Shown here piece after piece: positions 1 through 9,354 of a stretch of 64,000 nt of DNA. How positions within the stretch are numbered: the first letter of the stretch is position 1; every line of letters starts with the position of its first letter. The notes below the pieces were generated by a model that ran no database searches, was not told the DNA's origin, and saw only the letters and a list, made by a program, of their open reading frames with translations. The stretch covers positions 124,001 to 188,000 of IMG/VR virus record IMGVR_UViG_3300042566_001780; one strand, given 5' to 3'. The translations under genes and the position numbers were made by a program.

Positions 1-545
1 ACTATAGTCTTCTTATCCTTTGCTTTTAGATCGTTCCCCAAAAGACCTGACATTCTCTTAAATTCTTCAATCATAAAGTGAATAGAGAATTTTTGATCAT
101 CAACGCGAATCAACCTGAAATCATTCAGTGCCCGCGACACCATAATTTGCTCAAGTGGAGTACTTCCTCCATATGACCACAGCGTAGTTATCAGAAAGTC
201 AACATCTTCAAAGGTATATTTCAGATAACCCAAGGCCTCCTCAGAGTAAGGAGTTACGGTGTTTGAAAGGGTATTATCAAAGCTTGCAAAAATACCATTC
301 AGCTCATGATAATCATGGCGATAGTACTCATGGTTGCCAGGTACAAAAATGACTTTCTTAAACCGACGCTCTGCTTGCTCAAGAAAATCGTGAAGCAAAT
401 CTACATCTGAGCAAATATCACCTGCTAAAATTAGGACAGACTCTTTGTCTTTTTCTTCAAGCGGCAGAAATCTTTCCACGAGAAGAGGAATTGGCATAGA
501 AGAAAAACCTTCAAGATGAAGGTCTGATGCTACTCGTAGTTTCAT
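1..545 (-). CDS. Metallophosphoesterase (calcineurin-like), truncated by window edge
   Basis: Manual translation from ATG at 545: MKLRVASDLHLE...ILAGDI...VPGNHEYY (DxH, GD and GNHE motifs). The frame is open to position 1; absent from the ORF track. Confidence 0.85.
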   Translation of the reverse strand, partial: MKLRVASDLHLEGFSSMPIPLLVERFLPLEEKDKESVLILAGDICSDVDLLHDFLEQAERRFKKVIFVPGNHEYYRHDYHELNGIFASFDNTLSNTVTPYSEEALGYLKYTFEDVDFLITTLWSYGGSTPLEQIMVSRALNDFRLIRVDDQKFSIHFMIEEFKRMSGLLGNDLKAKDKKTI

Positions 546-546
546 T

Positions 547-708
547 TCAATCGTCTCTTTTTGAAAGATCTGTCCAAGATTTGAACTTTTGTTTTAATTC
601 CAAGAAAACACCTGGCTCATTTAGCCTTGGGAACATAGCAAGAATAGCTAGACCTATACGCCTAGCTAAGATTTTTCTCTTTGAGTCTTCGAAGTCATAG
701 ATGGCCAT
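547..708 (-). CDS. Small hypothetical protein (53 aa, MAIYDFEDSKRKILARRIG...)
   Basis: Manual translation. Its stop abuts the phosphoesterase start, and a CTAAATA late-promoter motif lies upstream (734-740, minus strand). Confidence 0.5.
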   Translation of the reverse strand: MAIYDFEDSKRKILARRIGLAILAMFPRLNEPGVFLELKQKFKSWTDLSKRDD

Positions 709-855
709 GAAGTTTGATTCTAACTTATCTGTCTATTTAGGTGTTACATGCTGATACCACTTTGTTTTGGTTCAGACCCTAAGATTGTTATATAATTCAT
801 TCATACACTAAAACAAACAAGTTATCTAGTGTATGAAACCTCAACTTTTTAACTT

Positions 856-1371
856 TTGGAAATTTTGAAAATGACCACTACCTTTGAAGCCGCGCTGAAG
901 CAAGCTGGTGTTAGCGTTCCCTCTCAACAAGAACGTGTGTGGCGTGTGATTAAGGATCATCCTGGTATCACGGCAAAGCGCATTTCGTCCATCACCAACA
1001 TTGATCAGGCGCAAGTCAGTTCTTACTGCTCTCTCATGCTGGCACGAAAAATGCTGGAAGTGGCTTATATCCCCATGCACCTGCGGTTGGGTCGTGGTCA
1101 CGGTATCAAAAATGTGTCTACTTTCAAGGTGACTCAGCAACAATACGAAGTTCTGCCCAAAGTTGAAGCAGAAAAGGAAGTGGTCAAGGGTAAGGGCCAA
1201 TGCTCTGAAGTGAAAATCATTCACCCCACGACCCCCGTTGAACAGCAAAAGGCCCCGCAGATTGCAAAGCGCGAATCTGAAGAACATTGGAAAGCTGATG
1301 TTGAATCCATGACGGTGGCAGAAGCTCGTGCTCTCTACAACGTGCTCCACAAAATGTTCGGCGCAAACTAA
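856..1371 (+). CDS. Hypothetical protein with probable winged-helix DNA-binding domain
   Basis: VWRVIKDHPGITAKRISSITNIDQAQVSSYCSLM resembles a MarR-like wHTH. Confidence 0.55.
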   Translation: MEILKMTTTFEAALKQAGVSVPSQQERVWRVIKDHPGITAKRISSITNIDQAQVSSYCSLMLARKMLEVAYIPMHLRLGRGHGIKNVSTFKVTQQQYEVLPKVEAEKEVVKGKGQCSEVKIIHPTTPVEQQKAPQIAKRESEEHWKADVESMTVAEARALYNVLHKMFGAN

Positions 1372-1378
1372 TTCTTTC

Positions 1379-1410
1379 TTCTCCTGCTATTTTGCAAAAT
1401 AGCAGGAGAA
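1379..1410. repeat. Perfect 32-bp palindrome (terminator or operator) directly upstream of a TTGACA -35 box
   Basis: TTCTCCTGCTATTTTG|CAAAATAGCAGGAGAA; TTGACA at 1413-1418. Confidence 0.8.
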
Positions 1411-1477
1411 AGTTGACAAAAATGATTTAAAATTCAACCTAGATCATTTCTCTCAATTCAATTTAGGAAACTACATC

Positions 1478-2674
1478 ATGGACATCGATCGCAAACTTGC
1501 CACTCTTCGCATTATTGACGACATTATTCCAATTGAAAAAGCTGACGCTATTGAATGCGCGGTTATCGGTGGTTGGAAAGTGGTTGTGAAGAAAAACACA
1601 TTCAAACCTGGTGACACCGCGCTTTACATTGAAATTGATGCATTCCTTCCTGAAGGAAATCCCGCTTGGCAGTTTCTTGTTGACAAGCAATCTCGCATTT
1701 TCAATGGTGTTAAGGGACATCAACTCCGCACCATTCGGCTGCGCGGTCAAATTTCTCAAGGCCTCATCCTACCTATTCATGAAATTAAGGAAGTTCAAGC
1801 AACCATTGACTTTGAAACTAATAGTGAAAAGTTGTTTGAAATGGACTTTGGACCAGTACTTGGCATTACCAAGTATGAAGCACCACTTCCGGCTGCATTG
1901 AGCGGTAAAGCTCTGGGCTTGTTCCCATCTTACATTCGTAAGACTGATGAGCCACGGTGCCAAAACATGGTTGGCGATATTTTTGGCTATGACCATCAAG
2001 AATACGAAATTGACGTCGATCCTACCGTAATTGATCAAGATGCTGTTGCACGCGGTCGACTTGCAGTCCGTGATGGCAAAGTGTTCGCTATTCATTACCC
2101 GAAAGCTAGTCGTGACACTGAATACGAAGTCACCATGAAGATGGATGGTAGCAGTGCTACTTACTTTTTCTACAATGGCCAAGTTGGCGTCTGCAGCCGG
2201 AATCTGCAACTGGACATTGGACCTGACAATGCAGAAAATTCTTTTGTGAAAATGCTGTATGACACCAAGCTGGATCAAATTCTCCCACAATTTGGGCATC
2301 TTGCTCTTCAGGGTGAATTGATGGGTCCTGGTATCCAAAACAATCGCGAGTCGCTGAGCGATTTTCAATTCTTCCTGTTCAACATTCAAAATATCGATGA
2401 GCAGCGGTATCTCAACCCGGTTGAGCGAAAAGTAGTGTATAATCAATTCATCCAAGCCGGAGCCGATCCCAAGAAATTCAAACATGTGCCAGTTCTGCAT
2501 GAAGCCGCAAAGCTTCCCGATCTGGGTATTCATGGTATTGATGATCTTCTGCAATTTGCAATTGGCCCTAGCCTGGTAAACAAGGTTCGAGAAGGTTTGG
2601 TTTTCAAACGTCTTGATGGTGGTTTCTCCTTCAAGGCAATCTCGAATGATTATTTGGCCCAAGTGAAAGATTAA
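1478..2674 (+). CDS. RNA ligase, DRB0094/Rnl5 family
   Basis: N-terminal OB-like segment (IIPIEKADAIECAVIGGWKVVV, LRTIRLRGQISQG), motif I KMDGSS, QGELMG, REGLVFK, FKAISNDYL. Confidence 0.9.
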   Translation: MDIDRKLATLRIIDDIIPIEKADAIECAVIGGWKVVVKKNTFKPGDTALYIEIDAFLPEGNPAWQFLVDKQSRIFNGVKGHQLRTIRLRGQISQGLILPIHEIKEVQATIDFETNSEKLFEMDFGPVLGITKYEAPLPAALSGKALGLFPSYIRKTDEPRCQNMVGDIFGYDHQEYEIDVDPTVIDQDAVARGRLAVRDGKVFAIHYPKASRDTEYEVTMKMDGSSATYFFYNGQVGVCSRNLQLDIGPDNAENSFVKMLYDTKLDQILPQFGHLALQGELMGPGIQNNRESLSDFQFFLFNIQNIDEQRYLNPVERKVVYNQFIQAGADPKKFKHVPVLHEAAKLPDLGIHGIDDLLQFAIGPSLVNKVREGLVFKRLDGGFSFKAISNDYLAQVKD

Positions 2675-2676
2675 TC

Positions 2677-3033
2677 ATGCATTCGCTCAATCCTCTCTTT
2701 TTGCACACCGTTAATGTTGAACGTTCTAATTTCAACAAAATGGCAAAAGATGCCAAGGTCGACAAATTTGTCTATCCCTCCAAGCATTTCTTTGAGAGAG
2801 TGGTTGAGCGAAATTTGAGTGCTCTTGATGCTTTCACTATGATGGTGCCGGTTATTCGTGAATTCCGAAATAGCACCTATAATCAACGATCGTTTTGCGT
2901 GATTTGGAAGCAATACAAATTGTTTGCAAATTTTACCGTTGGGCCAATTAGTGGTGAACGTAAAGTTTGCATGAAAACAATGTACGATCGGGACATTGAC
3001 GAATCTAACTTTGACGTTGTCATCAAACTGTGA
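2677..3033 (+). CDS. Hypothetical protein
   Basis: 118-aa ORF in operon orientation; SKHFFERVVERN is weakly reminiscent of small RNase-fold phage proteins. Confidence 0.6.
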   Translation: MHSLNPLFLHTVNVERSNFNKMAKDAKVDKFVYPSKHFFERVVERNLSALDAFTMMVPVIREFRNSTYNQRSFCVIWKQYKLFANFTVGPISGERKVCMKTMYDRDIDESNFDVVIKL

Positions 3034-3040
3034 TTTCATC

Positions 3041-4192
3041 ATGAGCACTACATTTTTCATCTTTATTGCTTTTTGTTTGGCTATGTCTGGAGTTGCAGTG
3101 TTTATGCTGCGATCTGAACTTGCTGAAGCTTTTGGTAAATGGCAAAGCCTGGTTGCATTTCCAGTTCTTGCTCTTGCCGGAGTCGTAATTACTGGACTCG
3201 TATTTTTGGCATCGTATGGATCTGCAGTCCATGACACAGAAATTTGGAATGGTCAGGTGACTGGTAAACAGCGAGTTCATGGTCATTATCTCCGTTCTTA
3301 CTCTTGCAATTGCCGCCAAGTGTGCAGTGGATCTGGCAATAACCGGTCTTGCTCTACTGTATGTGATACTTGCTATGAAGATCGGTATACAGTAGATTGG
3401 AGTTGCAATACGACTATTGGTAAATTTACCATTGAGCATTATGATCGATCTTCTAGGTCAGTATACATGTCTCCAGATCCTGCTCGATATACAAACATTT
3501 TGAATGGCGACCCGGTTTCTAAAACCTCGTCATACACCAATTATGTTCAAGCAGTACCTGATTCTTTGTTCAAGCCTGCAAGTGAAGAATTGAAAAAGCG
3601 TTTTGCGAAATTGATTCCGGAATATCCCGACAACATTTATGACATCTACAAAATTAACCGATTTGTGACTCCGGGTTTCTACTTTGCGGACACTCAAAAA
3701 TGGAATGAAGACATTTCTAATTTGCTGAAAACCCGTGGTCCCGCCAAACAAGTCAACTTGATTGTTGTAGTAGCAAAAACTGAAGATCGCAATTTCATCT
3801 ATGCTCTGCAGGACGCATGGGAAGGCGCAAATAAAAATGATGTAGTGCTTGTCATCGGTTCTCCTGACGGGCAAAAGATTAGTTGGGTGGATGTTATCTC
3901 TTGGACCAAGCGAGAATTGTTTAAGGTACAGCTTCGTGATGAAGTCTTTGCACTTGGCACCATTCAACGAGAAAAAGTGATGAGCATCGTTGCAAGTCAA
4001 ATCGACACAAACTTTGAACGTCGTCGGATGCGTGAATTCTCTTACCTCAAGAATGATATTGATCCTCCTATGTGGCTCATGACTTCTACCTTTGTTGTGC
4101 TGATGTTGATGTACGGCGGTTTGATCTTTGCTGCAAAAGCTGGAAAAATTTCAATCTTTCGCAAGAAATCTGTGTACCGTCGCAGGTTCTAG
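3041..4192 (+). CDS. Membrane protein with N-terminal TM helices, Cys-rich loop, TPM-like domain and C-terminal TM
   Basis: Start moved to ATG 3041. Hydrophobic ends, SYSCNCRQVCSG...CSTVCDTCYED, and an alpha/beta segment VNLIVVVAK...NKNDVVLVIG. Confidence 0.6.
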   Translation: MSTTFFIFIAFCLAMSGVAVFMLRSELAEAFGKWQSLVAFPVLALAGVVITGLVFLASYGSAVHDTEIWNGQVTGKQRVHGHYLRSYSCNCRQVCSGSGNNRSCSTVCDTCYEDRYTVDWSCNTTIGKFTIEHYDRSSRSVYMSPDPARYTNILNGDPVSKTSSYTNYVQAVPDSLFKPASEELKKRFAKLIPEYPDNIYDIYKINRFVTPGFYFADTQKWNEDISNLLKTRGPAKQVNLIVVVAKTEDRNFIYALQDAWEGANKNDVVLVIGSPDGQKISWVDVISWTKRELFKVQLRDEVFALGTIQREKVMSIVASQIDTNFERRRMREFSYLKNDIDPPMWLMTSTFVVLMLMYGGLIFAAKAGKISIFRKKSVYRRRF

Positions 4193-4257
4193 TGTATAAT
4201 TCAACCTGAGTTCAACACTATCTTACGAACTCCTTCAACTTTATAGGAATTTTCAAA

Positions 4258-4836
4258 ATGCGTAAATCTCAAATTGGTGCTATCTCTGGCGGTGTTATTG
4301 CAGCAATCACGGTTGGTACAGTTCTCCTGGTATCGGTTCCTTCCTACATCAGTGCTGCCAACTATGGCAATCGCACTGAAAATGCTCTCAAGGCAAAAAT
4401 GGAAGACAACGAGAACATTTATGCAAACGGCACCCAAAAGGTGATGGAAATTGCTCAAGTGCCGACGATGTACAAGAATGACCTGAAGGAAATCGTGACT
4501 GCCGCTATTCAAGGTCGTTACGGTGAAAATGGTTCTCAAGCTACTTTCCAATGGCTGAAGGAACAAAACCCTGGACTTGACAGCGCCATGTATGTTAAGA
4601 TTCAGCAAGTGATTGAATCTTTTCGCGATGAATTCAAGAATGCCCAGACGCAAATGCTTGATCAACGACGCGCATATGAAAATGCACTTGGCTACGTGTG
4701 GCAAGGTTTCTGGCTGAATATGGCAGGATATCCCAAAATCGATTTGAGCAAATTCACGATTGTGACTACCGACAAAGCCCGCCAAACTTTTGAAACGAAG
4801 CGCGATTCTGGAATTCAACTTCGCCCTGCAAACTGA
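4258..4836 (+). CDS. LemA-like membrane-anchored helical protein
   Basis: N-terminal TM followed by an amphipathic helical bundle; adjacent to a TPM-like gene, as in bacterial lemA operons. Confidence 0.55.
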   Translation: MRKSQIGAISGGVIAAITVGTVLLVSVPSYISAANYGNRTENALKAKMEDNENIYANGTQKVMEIAQVPTMYKNDLKEIVTAAIQGRYGENGSQATFQWLKEQNPGLDSAMYVKIQQVIESFRDEFKNAQTQMLDQRRAYENALGYVWQGFWLNMAGYPKIDLSKFTIVTTDKARQTFETKRDSGIQLRPAN

Positions 4837-4862
4837 TCTACCTTTACTAGGAACTATTCATC

Positions 4863-5528
4863 ATGTGGTCTTCTATTAAAAGTGCACTCTTCGTTGACGG
4901 TGAAGCTACGCCTGAAGCATCGAAGGTATCTGCTCCGGTCCAAGGCGTTCAGCCTACAGCTGGTGGTGCCATGAATGCACAACCAGTACCGGTGGTAAGT
5001 GACAATAGTTTCATTGAAGCATTGCGAAAAGCAGTGAAAACCCGACCTACCGCATTCACTTCTTTGCTGGCTGCGGCAGATAAACTGGCCAATATCATTC
5101 CTGATCCCAATACTCGTCTGAAAGCTGCATATGCTACTGTGAGTGGCGAAGGTCGTGGTTTGAAGGAAGTTGTTGGTGCTATTGAAGTGCATATTGCAGA
5201 TCTTGAAGGTCAAAAGCTGCAATTCATGAGTGCTCTTGAAGCTCAACGAACTGCGGCTCTTGGTACTCTTGAGTCTGAAATGAATTCTATTGGGCCGGCA
5301 AATCAATCTGCAGCTCAACAAATTCAATCGATGACACAACAAATCCAGCAGCTGCAGGAGTTGATCGCAAGAAATACAAATCGCGAAGCTGAACTTAAGG
5401 GTAAAATTACTGCTGAACAAGCACGATTTACTGTCAGCCAACAGCAATTTGAATCTGCTCTTGTCCTTGTCAAAACCGAACTTGAATCACAACGCTCTGC
5501 AATCACTTCCACTCTGACCTCTAACTAA
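4863..5528 (+). CDS. Coiled-coil hypothetical protein
   Basis: Long Gln/Ala-rich heptad pattern in the C-terminal half. Confidence 0.7.
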   Translation: MWSSIKSALFVDGEATPEASKVSAPVQGVQPTAGGAMNAQPVPVVSDNSFIEALRKAVKTRPTAFTSLLAAADKLANIIPDPNTRLKAAYATVSGEGRGLKEVVGAIEVHIADLEGQKLQFMSALEAQRTAALGTLESEMNSIGPANQSAAQQIQSMTQQIQQLQELIARNTNREAELKGKITAEQARFTVSQQQFESALVLVKTELESQRSAITSTLTSN

Positions 5529-5546
5529 TTTTTGGAACTTTACATC

Positions 5547-6578
5547 ATGATCCCCTCTATCGAAAACAAGCCGAAATCTTTCTGGTCTCGCCCTGAAGGA
5601 ACTACTGGTATGCTGGTTCTTGCAGGTGCTGGTGTTGGTCTCTACTTTGCACTGCCCACCTTGCTGATCTTCATGACCGGTCTGATGGCGCTGCTGGGCA
5701 AAACCATTGCTGTGGTTGTTCTTAGCGCTGTTCTTGGTGCACTGCTTTTTATTCTTACGAATAAAAAGTTCCTGACGCTGATGAACTTCATGTTCAAGTC
5801 GGCGATGCGCAAACTGACCGGGTGGTTCATTGAAATCGATCCTATCGGCATCATGAAGTCTTACATTGAAAAGATGCAAGAGCGTCGAGAAGTTGTTGCT
5901 ACTACTCGTGATCGTCTTCGCGGCCAAATCAAGGTGCTCGATGAAAAGATCCAAAAGGGCCAAAAGCAATATGAAAAATCGATGTCGATGGCCCAACTTG
6001 CAAAAGAGCGCGGTAATAATGGTGTTCTGACTGTTGAATCTCGGCAAGCTATGCGAGTTGAGCAGCTCAACAATGAAACTTACATTCCGCTCAAGATGCA
6101 AATGGAAGCTCATCTTCGTGCTGCAAATAAGTATTACGAAGTGACTGGCACGGTAATTGAAGATCTGAAGAATGAAGTTCAAGCACAATCTGATCGTCGT
6201 GAAATGATTATGGCATCTCATAGCATGATGAAAGCTGCTAAAGCTATTCTTCATGGTGGTACTGATGAGCGTGAAATGTTCGACCAAGCCCTTGAGTTTG
6301 TTGTGACCGATTACGGGATGAAACTTGCGGAAGTGGAAAGCTTTATTGAGAACAGCAAGCCATTTGTTGATAGCCTTGACATGCAAAATGGTGTCTTTGA
6401 AGCTGAAGCTCTTAAGCGACTGCAAGAATGGGAAAACAAGGCTGACAGCATCCTGCTCGGCGATAGCAAACGAATCATGATCGAACAATCTGCTGCAAAT
6501 TCCCCACTTAATTTTAGTGTGAATGTGCCAAGTGTCTCGGCCGTGGATTATAATTCTCTCATTGCTGGTAAGAAGTAA
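5547..6578 (+). CDS. Two-TM protein with long coiled coil, possibly PspA/ESCRT-III-like
   Basis: Start moved to ATG 5547. Two TM helices, then IDPIGIMKSYIEKMQE and about 250 aa of helical hairpin-type coiled coil. Confidence 0.5.
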   Translation: MIPSIENKPKSFWSRPEGTTGMLVLAGAGVGLYFALPTLLIFMTGLMALLGKTIAVVVLSAVLGALLFILTNKKFLTLMNFMFKSAMRKLTGWFIEIDPIGIMKSYIEKMQERREVVATTRDRLRGQIKVLDEKIQKGQKQYEKSMSMAQLAKERGNNGVLTVESRQAMRVEQLNNETYIPLKMQMEAHLRAANKYYEVTGTVIEDLKNEVQAQSDRREMIMASHSMMKAAKAILHGGTDEREMFDQALEFVVTDYGMKLAEVESFIENSKPFVDSLDMQNGVFEAEALKRLQEWENKADSILLGDSKRIMIEQSAANSPLNFSVNVPSVSAVDYNSLIAGKK

Positions 6579-6623
6579 TCTAGCAATAATCAACTTTGAA
6601 CTAACTTTTTAAGGAATTTTGAA

Positions 6624-7715
6624 ATGCTGCACAAACTGAAACCCATCCCCCGCATGATCCTGATTGCTGGTATTGTTGGTGGTATTGCATTTGCTGTGCT
6701 GAAGACTCCTCTTGGTGATAAGATTAGCGCTCCTGTAGAAACTGGTGGTGCAAAGCAAAGCGCGCCAATTTTCCAAAGCTCTGCCCCCAGTGCAGGTGAT
6801 TCTTACGATCGAATCATTTCGACTGGTGTGATGAAGGTCGGTGTTCAAGGCAATGCTCAACCTTTCTATGATGCCGGGGTTGGATTCAACGTCGAATTCA
6901 TGAAGATGGTTCTGGCACAACCCGAATTCCGCAATGTTCGCATCGACATTGCAGCAGAAACGGATACCTACGAAGACGTTCCGAAAACTCTGCTGAAGAA
7001 AGCAAATGGCGAATATGCTGTGGACATTGCAATCGACGGTCTCACTCTCCAAGATGGTGATGTTGGCGGTGTGACTTTTACCAAGCCGTATGTGTCTGGT
7101 TTTGGCTATGCACTGATTACCAATCGCACTTCGACTATCAGCACTATTGCTGCTGTTGGCAGTAAGCGGGTTGGTGTCTTGGCTGGTGATCCTGATGCAA
7201 TGTCTCATGTCAAGCGTCTTTTCCCTGATGCGGAGATTGTTGAACTGAGCGATGCTCTGGTAAATGGTCAACGTACTTGGATCGCAGATGCTTTCCGTGA
7301 TGGCAAAGTGGATGTTCTGGTCTACGATTATCCTTTTGCCGTGGCAGAAATTGCAAATACTTCCCTGCAATTCGCCATTTCGAAACTGCCCGAATCTGAC
7401 ATTGCATACAAGATTGGTATTCGTACCAGTGATGTGCAACTGAAAGAAAAGCTGAATGCTGCTATTTCGAAGGTGGTTGAAACTGACGAGTATCGTGAAC
7501 TGCTGAACAAGTACTTTGCTAGTAAGAAGGTTGTGGCTGCTCGTAAGAAGAGCGATGAAACTACCTACACTGTCAAGAAGGGCGACACCCTTTCGATGAT
7601 TGCAGAACGTGTGTATGGTGATCGCATGAAGTATTCTGTGATCGAAAGCCGCAACAACCTTCCTAATCCTGATCTGATTAGTGTTGGTCAAGTGTTGGTG
7701 ATTCCTTCTGTTTGA
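6624..7715 (+). CDS. Membrane-anchored amino-acid ABC-type solute-binding protein with C-terminal LysM domain
   Basis: SBP family 3 features (MKVGV...PF...GFNVE, VTFTKPY, KRVGVLAG); LysM YTVKKGDTLSMIAERVYG...NNLPNPDLISVGQVLVIP. Confidence 0.85.
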   Translation: MLHKLKPIPRMILIAGIVGGIAFAVLKTPLGDKISAPVETGGAKQSAPIFQSSAPSAGDSYDRIISTGVMKVGVQGNAQPFYDAGVGFNVEFMKMVLAQPEFRNVRIDIAAETDTYEDVPKTLLKKANGEYAVDIAIDGLTLQDGDVGGVTFTKPYVSGFGYALITNRTSTISTIAAVGSKRVGVLAGDPDAMSHVKRLFPDAEIVELSDALVNGQRTWIADAFRDGKVDVLVYDYPFAVAEIANTSLQFAISKLPESDIAYKIGIRTSDVQLKEKLNAAISKVVETDEYRELLNKYFASKKVVAARKKSDETTYTVKKGDTLSMIAERVYGDRMKYSVIESRNNLPNPDLISVGQVLVIPSV

Positions 7716-7732
7716 TCTAGACAGAAGAAAAT

Positions 7733-7760
7733 AAAGGGGAGCAATTTGCTCCCCTTTTCT
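7733..7760 (+). terminator. Intrinsic terminator
   Basis: AAAGGGGAGCAA-T-TTGCTCCCCTTTT hairpin with T tract. Confidence 0.75.
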
Positions 7761-7774
7761 TTAGGAGATTTCAA

Positions 7775-8026
7775 ATGACACAAACAACTATTGATCTTAG
7801 AGCAGAAATGTTGTCTCGGTGGCCCCAGATGACCCCAGAGATGATGGAAGAAATTTTGTGGTTGACACCTTATCCGGCAGGAACGGTGTCTCAGATCCTC
7901 ACGTCTTTAGATGAGGCAAAGAAAAATTACGGAGATAATCCAGCAACTGTGATCAAAATGATGTATAATCAAATTGACGAGGAATTTAGAGCTTTCAAAG
8001 AAAAGCAAGCAGCTGGAGAAATTTGA
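7775..8026 (+). CDS. Hypothetical protein
   Basis: RBS AGGAG; 83-aa ORF. Confidence 0.65.
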   Translation: MTQTTIDLRAEMLSRWPQMTPEMMEEILWLTPYPAGTVSQILTSLDEAKKNYGDNPATVIKMMYNQIDEEFRAFKEKQAAGEI

Positions 8027-8108
8027 CTTTTGGTTACAATTTTTTGACAATTTTCGAACTTTTTTGATTTAGAATCTCTTTACACCAACTTTTTTGGAGA
8101 TCAACTTT

Positions 8109-8387
8109 ATGATTCAAAACCTGAAACCCATCCCTCGCGCAATTGTGATTGCTATCATTGTTGGCGGACTTGGATATGCTGCTTCCAAGTTCATCCCTGA
8201 TAGCAAGCCGTCCGAAAATCCAGCTTCCCAAACAGAAGTGACTTCTGTTCCCACTGAACAATCAGCCCCTCCAGCTCCAGAAGCACAACAACAAGCTGCT
8301 ACCCCGCAGCCTTCTGTCCCTGAAACTATGGCACCAACTCCAATTGCTCCTGGTCTGTCGGCCGTGATCGAAGCTGGCAACAAGTAA
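8109..8387 (+). CDS. Membrane-anchored Pro/Ala-rich protein
   Basis: Start moved to ATG 8109. N-terminus LKPIPRAIVIAIIVGG is nearly identical to that of the 6624 protein. Confidence 0.7.
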   Translation: MIQNLKPIPRAIVIAIIVGGLGYAASKFIPDSKPSENPASQTEVTSVPTEQSAPPAPEAQQQAATPQPSVPETMAPTPIAPGLSAVIEAGNK

Positions 8388-8399
8388 GGATTTCACATC

Positions 8400-9296
8400 A
8401 TGAAAAAGATTTCTATTCTCGCGCTCGCAGCCGTTACTTTTGCCGCCCATGCAGCTCCTGTTGGCATTGCTTCTGGTCAACCGACTGGCACCAATCACCC
8501 CATGGCACGAGATATTGCTGCGGTTTGTTCTACTGCAGATTCTCCCATCAACAACATTGTCAGTGATGGTTCTCTCGACAATCTGTTCAAGATCTATGGA
8601 GACAAGTCTGTGCAATATGGCATTGTTCAGGCAGATGCAATGGTCTATCAAAAGGGCCAAGACCCGAAAATGATGGAACGCATCATGATGGTCTTTCCAT
8701 TCTTTAGCACAGAAATTCATCTGGTAGCAAAAGCTGGATCGAATATCAATTCTCTTGCTGATCTTGCCGGAAAACGGGTTGTTGAAGGCCCTGAAGGTTC
8801 TGGCACATGGGTGACAGTGCAAGTCATCAAGCAGCTTACTGGTATGAAGTGGCAGGGTTTTTATGCTTCGCAGCAAGATGGCTTCAATGCAGTGGTAAAT
8901 GGTCAAGCAGATGCCGAATTCATTGTGGCTGGAAAGCCAATTGTCATGCTGCAAAAGAATCAAGGATTCAAACTGGTACCATTGTCTCATCCCAAACTTG
9001 ATTCCTTTGGACTGTATACCAAGACGATGATTCCGAGTGGTACCTATGAATCATCGAAAAGCACTGTAGGCACATACAAAGTTGACAACGTGCTTGCCAC
9101 ATTTGCATTCAAAAACCAGTACCAAAAAGAAATTGGTACTCTGGTGACATGTATTTCTCGCAACATCGAAAAGCTGCAGACCGGTGCATCCTTCCACCCA
9201 AAGTGGAAGGATGTCGATCCTAAGGATATTAACCGTATTCAATGGCCAGCGCATCCTGCTGCAAAAGCTGCGATTGAGCGTGAAATCAAGCGGTGA
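8400..9296 (+). CDS. TAXI-family TRAP transporter solute-binding protein
   Basis: Signal peptide (AAHA-A), IASGQPTGT, GSLDNL, YGIVQAD, EIHLVAKAGSNINSLADLAGKRVVEGPEGSGT. Confidence 0.85.
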   Translation: MKKISILALAAVTFAAHAAPVGIASGQPTGTNHPMARDIAAVCSTADSPINNIVSDGSLDNLFKIYGDKSVQYGIVQADAMVYQKGQDPKMMERIMMVFPFFSTEIHLVAKAGSNINSLADLAGKRVVEGPEGSGTWVTVQVIKQLTGMKWQGFYASQQDGFNAVVNGQADAEFIVAGKPIVMLQKNQGFKLVPLSHPKLDSFGLYTKTMIPSGTYESSKSTVGTYKVDNVLATFAFKNQYQKEIGTLVTCISRNIEKLQTGASFHPKWKDVDPKDINRIQWPAHPAAKAAIEREIKR

Positions 9297-9354
9297 TTTA
9301 GTGTAAAATTCAATTAGGTAATTTCTTTTCTTTTTAACTTTAGGAGCTTTTCAA

